From: Mollicutes bacterium
Lineage (GTDB): Bacteria > Bacillota_I > Bacilli_A > RF39 > UBA660
Assembly: GCA_012799635.1 (NCBI GenBank)
Contig: JAAZKW010000011.1
Span: forward strand, 11,738 to 75,737
Length of the DNA: 64,000 nucleotides
Direction of reading: 5' to 3'
Part shown: positions 1-7,392 of the stretch, in pieces
How positions within the stretch are numbered: position 1 is the stretch's first letter
How the letters are laid out: the number at the start of each line of letters is the position of its first letter
Notes under the pieces: generated by a model
Seen by the model: the letters and a program-made list of their open reading frames with translations, nothing else
What the model was told of the DNA's origin: nothing
The model's database searches: none
Translations under genes and position numbers: made by a program

Positions 1-14
1 AATTGAGGATTAAT

Positions 15-1268
15 ATGAGTAAAATTAATATTAGGAAAAGGAATAAATATTATGAATATAGAATAGAAATAGCAAAAGTTGATGATAAAAGAAAATGGAT
101 TAGTAAATCAGGGTTTAAAACTAAACAAGAAGCAGAAGAAGCTGGAATACAAGCATATAATGAATATTTAAGTGCTGGAGTTCCTTTTAAATCTTGTAAT
201 ATGTCATATTCTGATTATCTAGATTATTGGATGGAAAATTATTGCAAAAATAATTTAAAATATAATACAATTAACACTTATGAAATAATAATTAGAAAGT
301 ATCTTAAACCTTTTATTGGTAGATATAAACTATCAACAATAACTAGTGTTGCTCTAAATAATTTTATGAACAATATTGTTAATAATTATAATCATTCTAG
401 AAATTATTATAAAAATATTTTAAAAGTTCTAAAAGGAAGTTTTAGAGATGCTTGTAATTTATATGGATTTATAAAATATAATCCTGCTTTAACTTTAAGA
501 CTTCCAAAAATAGAACAATATTCAGAAGATGTTAAACATGTATATACAGAAGAAGAGATTAAATTAATATTAGAAAGATTTAAAGATAATATTACTTTTA
601 TATGTGCGTTTTTAACAGCTTATTTTACGGGATTAAGAACAGGAGAAGTGTTTGCTATTACTTGGGATGATATTGACTTAAAAGAAGGTATAATTAGTGT
701 TAAAAATAGTGTTTATGATAAACCAAAGGATTATAAAGGTAGATGGTATTTAGGCACAACTAAAACAAAAACTGGAGTTAGAAAAATATATATTGGGAAT
801 ATATTAAAGGAAGTTTTAAAATCTTACAAAAAAAGACAAGAGTATTTAAAAGAAATATATGGTTCACAATATAAATATTATTATTTAGAGGATATAGAAA
901 ATGATAATGGTAAAGTTATAGAAAAAAGAATAGTTTTAACTGAAGCAAATAAAGAAATAATTAATTTAATTTTTACAAAGGATGACGGGACATATGTAGG
1001 AACTGATATAACAAAATATCCATATAAAGTAATTCATAATGAACTAGAAATTAAAAAATGTAGGTTCTATGATTTAAGAGGAACGTTTGCTACTAAATTA
1101 GCAAGTAATGGAGCTCTTATGCAGGATGTATCTGATTTAATGGGACATACTGATCCAACAATAACTCAAAAGTATTATATTTCTAGTAATGAAGATAGTA
1201 AGAAAGAAGCAATTAATAATTTAGATGAAACATTGAAAAATATAGATATAATAAATTTTAAAAAGTAA
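15..1268 (+). CDS. tyrosine-type site-specific integrase (phage/ICE integrase family)
   Basis: ORF 3..1268. The ATG at 15 follows GAGGA. N-terminal Arm-type segment (YYEYRIEIAKV..KSGFKTKQEAEE). C-terminal catalytic region with GLRTGE, YDLRGTFAT and HTDPTITQKYY (catalytic Tyr). Confidence 0.85.
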   Translation: MSKINIRKRNKYYEYRIEIAKVDDKRKWISKSGFKTKQEAEEAGIQAYNEYLSAGVPFKSCNMSYSDYLDYWMENYCKNNLKYNTINTYEIIIRKYLKPFIGRYKLSTITSVALNNFMNNIVNNYNHSRNYYKNILKVLKGSFRDACNLYGFIKYNPALTLRLPKIEQYSEDVKHVYTEEEIKLILERFKDNITFICAFLTAYFTGLRTGEVFAITWDDIDLKEGIISVKNSVYDKPKDYKGRWYLGTTKTKTGVRKIYIGNILKEVLKSYKKRQEYLKEIYGSQYKYYYLEDIENDNGKVIEKRIVLTEANKEIINLIFTKDDGTYVGTDITKYPYKVIHNELEIKKCRFYDLRGTFATKLASNGALMQDVSDLMGHTDPTITQKYYISSNEDSKKEAINNLDETLKNIDIINFKK

Positions 1269-1286
1269 AAAATTATAACATGTTTA

Positions 1287-1295
1287 TGGTATAAT
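1287..1295 (+). promoter_or_regulatory. extended -10 promoter element (TGgTATAAT) upstream of the RM cassette genes
   Basis: TGGTATAAT lies 20 nt upstream of the GGAGG-ATG (1315) of the next gene. There is no good -35, which is usual for extended -10 promoters. Confidence 0.45.
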
Positions 1296-1314
1296 TTTAT
1301 TGGAGGATGATGTT

Positions 1315-1869
1315 ATGTCTTGTTCAGATTGGATTCAGTTTGCAATGACGATAATAACTTTAATAGGTGTTATTGTTTCACTAATTATATCAATAGTTAC
1401 TTTAAGACAAAATAAAAATATTATTGAAGAATCAAATAGAGCATATTTACTATTTTATATTGATTATAATCCACAAATTGATATGTATTTTTTAATAATT
1501 AAAAATTTTGGTAAGAGTATTGGTAAATTAATTTCGTTAGAGGTAGCTCCTGAATTAGATTGGAGTAAAACTACTTTTAAACAAGAAATAAGTCCCTTAA
1601 CAAAAGCGAAGGATATATTGCTCGCTCCAAATCAAAAGGTAAGTTCTTGGTTTGAATTCAATGAATATCCAGATAAAGAATTTGATATTAAAATAACATA
1701 TAGTTCTAATAATAAGGTTTATACTGATAAGTATAAAATAAATTTAGATTATATAGAAAATATTGATTGGTTAGCTCAATATCCGTTAGATGATAAAACT
1801 GATGATAATAAAGAAGTTTTATATAAAATTAATAATAGTATAAGAGATTTAACAGATAAATTTAGATAG
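1315..1869 (+). CDS. hypothetical single-pass membrane protein
   Basis: ORF 1300..1869. The ATG at 1315 sits 5-6 nt after GGAGGA. It has an N-terminal hydrophobic helix (FAMTIITLIGVIVSLIISIV) and no motif I recognise. Confidence 0.5.
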   Translation: MSCSDWIQFAMTIITLIGVIVSLIISIVTLRQNKNIIEESNRAYLLFYIDYNPQIDMYFLIIKNFGKSIGKLISLEVAPELDWSKTTFKQEISPLTKAKDILLAPNQKVSSWFEFNEYPDKEFDIKITYSSNNKVYTDKYKINLDYIENIDWLAQYPLDDKTDDNKEVLYKINNSIRDLTDKFR

Positions 1870-1895
1870 AATATTACAAAGAGGAGAAAGATAAC

Positions 1896-2726
1896 ATGAT
1901 GAAGGCAAAACCATTTGTTAAGTGGGCAGGAGGAAAAAGGTCAATAATAGATAAATTATTACCCTTAATACCAAAAAGTTTTAAAACTTATTATGAACCT
2001 TTTTTAGGAGGTGGTGCTTTGTTATTTGAGCTACAACCGGGAAAAGCAGTAATAAATGATTATAATATGGAATTAATAAATGTTTATAATTGTATTAAAG
2101 ATGAAAAAAAACTGATAAAAATGTGTTCTGAGTTAGATAAGCATGAGCAAAATCATTCAGAAGAATATTATTATAAAATTAGAGATTTAGATAGAAATAA
2201 AAAAAGTTTTAATAGACTGTCAGATTATAAGAGGGCAGCTAGAACAATTTATTTGAACAAATCTTGTTTTAATGGTTTATACAGGGTTAATAGTAATAAT
2301 GAATTTAATGTACCTTCTGGTAAAAAGAAAGAAGTTAAAACATATGAGGGGGTTAATTTAGGTCTTATTCACTGTTTATTAAATATAAATGATATTAAAG
2401 TGTTATCAATGGATTTTGAAGATGCTGTAAAAAATGCAGAAAAAGGAGATTTTATATATTTTGATCCTCCATATGATTCAGATACAACAACGTTTAATAG
2501 TTATACTGAAAATGGTTTTGGTAAGGAAGAACAAAAAAGATTAGCAAAAGTATTTAAAGAGTTAGATAAAAAAGGATGTTATGTTATGCTATCAAATTAT
2601 AACACCGTTTTAATAAAAGAGTTATATAAAGGATATAAGTTTACTTATATATCAGCTCAAAGAAATATTGGAGCAAATGCTAAAAATAGAGGAAAAGTTG
2701 AAGAGGTAGTAATTACTAACTTCTAA
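1896..2726 (+). CDS. dpnM: Dam-family N6-adenine DNA methyltransferase (DpnM-like, GATC)
   Basis: FVKWAGGKR near the N-terminus, FLGGGAL (AdoMet loop) and a later DPPY catalytic motif give the alpha-class order typical of Dam/DpnM. It lies in a DpnII-type gene context. Confidence 0.85.
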   Translation: MMKAKPFVKWAGGKRSIIDKLLPLIPKSFKTYYEPFLGGGALLFELQPGKAVINDYNMELINVYNCIKDEKKLIKMCSELDKHEQNHSEEYYYKIRDLDRNKKSFNRLSDYKRAARTIYLNKSCFNGLYRVNSNNEFNVPSGKKKEVKTYEGVNLGLIHCLLNINDIKVLSMDFEDAVKNAEKGDFIYFDPPYDSDTTTFNSYTENGFGKEEQKRLAKVFKELDKKGCYVMLSNYNTVLIKELYKGYKFTYISAQRNIGANAKNRGKVEEVVITNF

Positions 2727-2738
2727 AATGGTGAATTT

Positions 2739-4034
2739 ATGAAAAAATATGAATTAATAGAAAATAAAGAAAATATTTTGGCGACTTTAGAAAATGATAC
2801 TTTAAAAAGGAATGGCAAATTATTAAATTTAATAAAAATTTTAAACTTGTTATCAGAAAATTTTATTCTCTCTATTGATGGTAGTTGGGGATGTGGTAAA
2901 ACCTTTTTTGTTAAGCAATTAGAATATGTGCTTAATAGCGACATGAATTTACCTCTTATTGATAAAAACAGTTCAGAAATATTGAGTGAATTTCGCGACA
3001 GACATGTTTTGTTTTATTATAACGCTTGGGAAAATGATGATCATGGTTCACCTTTGGGATCTTTAATTTTTTCTATATTGAATGATTATCCAAAATATAA
3101 AGATTGTGTGATTGATAATAAAAATATTTTCACAACTATTAAACCGATATTAAAAAATATTATTTCAAAAAGTACTGGTAATATTTTGTCGCCTGAAGTT
3201 TTTGATAGATTAACAACTTTTGAAGAACTAGCAGAAGAGGTGATAACTGTTGAAGAAAAAAAGACTGCGATTAATAAATTATTTAATAATATAATACCTA
3301 ATAATAAAAGATTAATTTTAGTAATTGATGAGCTAGATAGATGTAGACCTGATTTTGCTGTAAAAATGTTAGAGACTATCAAGCACTTTTATTTTAATCC
3401 GAAAATTACTGTTATTGTAGTAACAAATAATAAGGAATTAAGCAATACTGTAAAAAAATTTTATGGCGAAGGATTTGATGGTTATAGATATTTAAATTAG
3501 ATATATGAAACTGTCATAACATTAGAAACAGAAAACTTAAAAGAGTATATTGATTATTATTGTGAGTTTAAGAAAGAAACGTTCTTGCCTGAAGATATAT
3601 CTTATTTACTTTTTCAACATTATTTGTTTACCTATAGAGATTGTAATAAGTTTATTACAATGTATAGAATAATTGAAAAATTTATTAATAGAGAAAGTTA
3701 TTTTGAAAAAGAAGAACAATCTGTTACGAAATATATACTAGTTCCAATTGCTTTAGCTTTAAAAGTTAAAAATGTTTCAAAGTATAATGATTATATATCT
3801 GGTAATGGTGAACAAGTAATTAGTGAATTTTTTGATTATATAGAAGGTTATGATGATAATGGTATTAATTATATGGAATGGTTAATGGAAATGCTTAAAG
3901 TAGAAGACAAAAGTAAAGCAAAGGAAGAATTTATAAAAATGTATAAAAATGGAATAAAGAATAGCAAATTAGTTAGAGGTTTCCCATTTTTAGATATAAT
4001 TTCAATGTTAGGTAACACATTAAATCAATACTAA
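2739..4034 (+). pseudogene. KAP-family P-loop NTPase interrupted by one in-frame TAG (3498-3500)
   Basis: ORFs 2739..3500 and 3585..4034 are in the same frame, and 3501-3584 is also open. Walker A is DGSWGCGKT and the KAP-type Walker B is LVIDELDRC. The stop falls in GYRYLN*IYETVI. Confidence 0.75.
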
Positions 4035-4083
4035 TTTTAGGGAAATATAAATACATGAAATATAATATAAGTGAGGTGGTAAA

Positions 4084-4845
4084 ATAAAAAAATATTATTA
4101 TAATAAAAGAAATTTCAAATTAATTTTAGGAGATTCTTTTGAAGAATTAAAGAATATAAAATGTAATAGTATAGATATGATATTTGCTGATCCTCCTTAT
4201 TTTTTATCTGGTGATGGAATGTCTTGTAGTGGTGGAAAAATGGTTTCAGTAAATAAAGCTGATTGGGATAAAAAAATTAATATTAATGAGAAACATAATT
4301 TTAATAGAGAATGGATAAGTTTATGCTATAACATACTTAAAGATGATGGAACTATTTGGATTAGTGGAACATTGCATAATATTTATTCAATTGGAATGGC
4401 ACTTGAAGAAGAAGGTTTTAAAATATTAAATAATATAACATGGAGAAAATTAAATCCACCACCAAATTTGAGTTGTAGATATTTTGTTCATTCCACAGAA
4501 ACAATTTTATGGGCAAGAAAAGACTTAAAAGAAGCTAAACATAAATTTAATTATGATTTAATGAAGGAGTTAAATGGTGGAAAACAAGCAAAAGATGTAT
4601 GGGAAACTTCATTAACTAAGGCAAGTGAGAAAAAATGTGGAAAACATCCTACGCAAAAACCTTTAGAAATATTAGAAAAGTTAATAATGGCATCCACCGA
4701 TGAAGGAGACTTGATATTAGATCCTTTTAATGGAAGCGGGACAACAGGGATAGCAGCTAGTAAATTAAATAGAAAATATATAGGGATAGATAATGTAAAG
4801 GAATATCTAGATTTAACAATTAAAAGAAAGGAAAGTGAAAAATGA
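4084..4845 (+). CDS. dpnA: beta-class N6-adenine DNA methyltransferase (DpnA-like second methylase)
   Basis: DMIFADPPYF lies near the N-terminus and DPFNGSGTTG near the C-terminus. The frame is open from 4075 and encodes KKYYYNKRNFKLILGDSF, but the first ATG is at 4177. ATA at 4084 follows GAGGTGG. The true start is uncertain. Confidence 0.8.
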   Translation: MKKYYYNKRNFKLILGDSFEELKNIKCNSIDMIFADPPYFLSGDGMSCSGGKMVSVNKADWDKKININEKHNFNREWISLCYNILKDDGTIWISGTLHNIYSIGMALEEEGFKILNNITWRKLNPPPNLSCRYFVHSTETILWARKDLKEAKHKFNYDLMKELNGGKQAKDVWETSLTKASEKKCGKHPTQKPLEILEKLIMASTDEGDLILDPFNGSGTTGIAASKLNRKYIGIDNVKEYLDLTIKRKESEK

Positions 4846-5699
4846 AAAGAAATTTTAATGATTGGTTAGATAATTTTAAAACAAGTATTTCAAATTATGG
4901 TTATTATGTTGATTTTGAAAAAATATATGATACTGCAGAAAAATACAAAGTAGAAATTAATATTTTAAATTCTTTGATTGGTAGTAAGAATATTGAGAAA
5001 GATTTTGAAAAGATAATTTTAAAATATCCGGATACTTTAGAGGTTATACCATCTTTATTGGCAGTTCGCTCAAGTGAAATTTTTATTAAAGATCAATCTG
5101 ATGAATATTTATTTAATTTTAATAAATTAGTTTATTCAATAGAAGATTATTCTAAGTTTATGAGAGAAACAGGTTTATTTAATTTGCTACAGAATCACAT
5201 AATAAATAATTTATATGATTATTTATTAGGGGTTGAGGTTGGCTTAGATTCAAATGCAAGAAAAAATCGTGGTGGTCATTTAATGGAGGATTTAGTTGAA
5301 AAATATATAATTCAAGCAGGATATAAAAAAGACCATTCTTACTTTAAAGAAATGAATTTAAAAGATATCGAGAAAAAGTGGAATTTAGATTTATCTTCTA
5401 TGTCAGGTAATGATACTTCAACAAAGAGATTTGATTTTGTAATTAAAACAGATAGTCAAGTTTATTTAATTGAAACAAACTTTTATGCATCAAGTGGTTC
5501 AAAACTTAATGAAACTGCAAGAAGCTATAAAATGCTCGCTATTGAAGCTAAAAAAGTATCTGAGGTAACTTTTATATGGATTACAGATGGTATTGGATGG
5601 AAAAATGCTAAAAATAATTTAGAAGAAACTTTTAATGAATTAGAAACAATGTATAATATTAATGATTTAGATAATGGTGTATTAAATCATTTAAAATAA
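4842..5699 (+). CDS. dpnB: type II restriction endonuclease, DpnII/MboI family (GATC)
   Basis: The N-terminal region (NILNSLIGSKNIEKDF..YPDTLEVIPSLLAVR) resembles my recollection of DpnII. Its start overlaps the methylase stop (ATGA), and the gene order M-M-R matches the DpnII cassette. Confidence 0.75.
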   Translation: MKRNFNDWLDNFKTSISNYGYYVDFEKIYDTAEKYKVEINILNSLIGSKNIEKDFEKIILKYPDTLEVIPSLLAVRSSEIFIKDQSDEYLFNFNKLVYSIEDYSKFMRETGLFNLLQNHIINNLYDYLLGVEVGLDSNARKNRGGHLMEDLVEKYIIQAGYKKDHSYFKEMNLKDIEKKWNLDLSSMSGNDTSTKRFDFVIKTDSQVYLIETNFYASSGSKLNETARSYKMLAIEAKKVSEVTFIWITDGIGWKNAKNNLEETFNELETMYNINDLDNGVLNHLK

Positions 5700-5742
5700 T
5701 GTATAATATATATAGGAACAAAAATGTTGTGAAAAAGATGAC

Positions 5743-5763
5743 TTTGTCCACATTTTGTCCACG
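5743..5763. repeat. tandem direct repeat TTTGTCCAC x2, 11-bp period (DnaA-box-like TTGTCCACA)
   Basis: TTTGTCCAC occurs at 5743-5751 and 5754-5762, read directly. The repeat sits 44 nt downstream of the dpnB stop. Confidence 0.6.
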
Positions 5764-5880
5764 TAATATATAAAATTAGTAATATTTATAATATAGATAA
5801 TACTAATAATACAGAGTGCTAAATGCTTGTAATATCAAAGAAAAATGCATAATACTATATGTACTAAAAATACATAAAAT

Positions 5881-5958
5881 ATGCACAAATTACGGGCATG
5901 TGGCAGCGGCAAGAAATATAAAAATTGTTGTGGCATTATGACCACCAAACTTCCGTAA
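5881..5958 (+). pseudogene. SEC-C metal-binding motif remnant (25-codon ORF MHKLRACGSGKKYKNCCGIMTTKLP)
   Basis: ACGSGKKYKNCCG matches the SEC-C consensus CPCGSGKKYKKCCG with the first Cys lost. This is a locally GC-rich patch in AT-rich non-coding DNA and is followed by a hairpin plus T6. Confidence 0.45.
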
Positions 5959-5981
5959 ACAAAGACTTTACGAGGTTTTTT
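5954..5981 (+). terminator. weak intrinsic terminator after the SEC-C remnant
   Basis: CGTAAA-caaagac-TTTACG stem-loop followed by aggTTTTTT. The 6-bp stem is AT-rich. Confidence 0.35.
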
Positions 5982-6019
5982 AATTCCCTCAAATATTCAA
6001 ATTTTTATAAAAAAACACT

Positions 6020-6066
6020 TTAGATACAGTTTAGATACGATTTTTTCGTATCTAAATCGTATCTAA
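6020..6066. repeat. compound palindrome carrying four TTAGATAC motifs (2 direct + 2 inverted, 11-bp phasing)
   Basis: TTAGATACAGTTTAGATACGA - ttttt - TCGTATCTAAATCGTATCTAA. The arms are complementary at 19 of 21 positions. Confidence 0.7.
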
Positions 6067-6199
6067 TTACTAATTTACACTAATTTCTCATTAGCAAACC
6101 CTTATAAATAAAGGAAGAAAATAAAAAGTTATCCTTGCCTTGAAGACAAGGAAAATATTAGTAAGAAAAATGTTATAATAAAACATATGAGGTGAGATA

Positions 6200-6838
6200 A
6201 TGCAAAAAGAAGAAATAATAAAAATTATATTAAAGCTAAAACCTGATATTGATTTAACTACTTTGAATTATTATACAAATTATTTTTATGTATTATCACA
6301 AAAACCAAATATTATAGAGTTGAATAAGATTGAACAACTAATAGAAAATGGGTTATCATATGCTAGAGAAATTGTATTTTATGATGAAAATAGTGAAATT
6401 TATAAAGATCTAGGTCCTGATTGTAAAGGGCTAAGAGATCCAAAAAGTAGAATTATTTATATAAGGGGAGATTTAAAAGAACCATTACGAGAAATAACGG
6501 TGTATCATGAATTGCATCATGCTGTTCAAACTAATCCTTTAAATGATGAAGTTGGAATAAATCAAGAATCAAATTTTGGAAGATTAATAATGGAAGCTCA
6601 GACTCAGTATTTTTCTGAAGAAGTATACAAAAAAATTCATAATATAGACTTTGAAGAAAGAAAAATTCCTTCAGAAGAATTAAGAATGCTTAATGGTGGA
6701 ATAATAGTTTCATCAATGCATAATTATGAAATGTATGATTCAATGTTAAGTAAACTTGCTATCGTTTTAGGAACTGATAAAAATTTTTTGTTTCAATTAA
6801 CTATGAATATTCAAATAATGAAGGAATGGAAAGACTAA
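6200..6838 (+). CDS. HExxH-motif protein (putative zinc metallopeptidase-like), N-terminal part of a possibly split gene
   Basis: ORF with RBS GAGGTGAG before the ATG. It has the motif VYHELHHAV. The reading frame of 6826..7227 is open back to 6781 and overlaps this ORF at an A5T6 run. Confidence 0.5.
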   Translation: MQKEEIIKIILKLKPDIDLTTLNYYTNYFYVLSQKPNIIELNKIEQLIENGLSYAREIVFYDENSEIYKDLGPDCKGLRDPKSRIIYIRGDLKEPLREITVYHELHHAVQTNPLNDEVGINQESNFGRLIMEAQTQYFSEEVYKKIHNIDFEERKIPSEELRMLNGGIIVSSMHNYEMYDSMLSKLAIVLGTDKNFLFQLTMNIQIMKEWKD

Positions 6839-7227
6839 AAAATGCTTACGAATATGCAAAAAAAAGATATAATTTGCCATATGAGTTTGATGAATTTATG
6901 TTTAGATTAGATTATGTTTATTGTGTTGATTTAATGGCATATAAAGATAATCCTGATAAGGAAACTATTCTTAACGGTCAACAAACAAGTAGTAATTACG
7001 AAATACACGATAATAAAGGCGCAAAATTATCATTAAAAATGCAATTTGATGTTATAGATGATTTAGATAGGAAGCATTTTTTATCACTTCAGGATTATGA
7101 TGGAAATTATCAATTATTTTCTAAATATTTATTTAAAAATTCGACAAGAAATTTAGCAGAGCAAATTATTGGTAAAACTATTTTGTCAAATTGTATTGAA
7201 AAGGGCAATTTATCTATAAGTTCATAA
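6826..7227 (+). CDS. hypothetical protein, probably the C-terminal continuation of 6200..6838
   Basis: There is no RBS of its own. The frame is open from 6781, and adding one nt in the A5T6 run (6779-6789) would fuse it to the upstream ORF. Confidence 0.4.
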   Translation: MERLKNAYEYAKKRYNLPYEFDEFMFRLDYVYCVDLMAYKDNPDKETILNGQQTSSNYEIHDNKGAKLSLKMQFDVIDDLDRKHFLSLQDYDGNYQLFSKYLFKNSTRNLAEQIIGKTILSNCIEKGNLSISS

Positions 7228-7392
7228 TTTTTAGGATAAAATTTAAAAGAAGATAGTTCAACGTAGATGGATTCACATAATTGTAAATGATAAAGCATAA
7301 TAAAATTGAAGTATAAATAAAATTCAACTAGCAGTTCGTGTTAATTCATTATAATTTGTAGTATATTTGATTTATGAAAGGAGAAAAACTAT

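Noticed and set aside
3498-3500. TAG read as a sense or recoded codon (pyrrolysine or read-through) in the KAP NTPase.
   Set aside because: TAG ends other ORFs normally (1867-1869, 53723-53725). No pyl genes or recoding signals are visible. A single-base nonsense mutation is the simpler explanation.
5743-5763. DnaA-box-like repeats as evidence for a replication origin.
   Set aside because: There are only two imperfect boxes, no AT-rich unwinding element or dnaA/dnaN context, and the gene orientation does not switch here.
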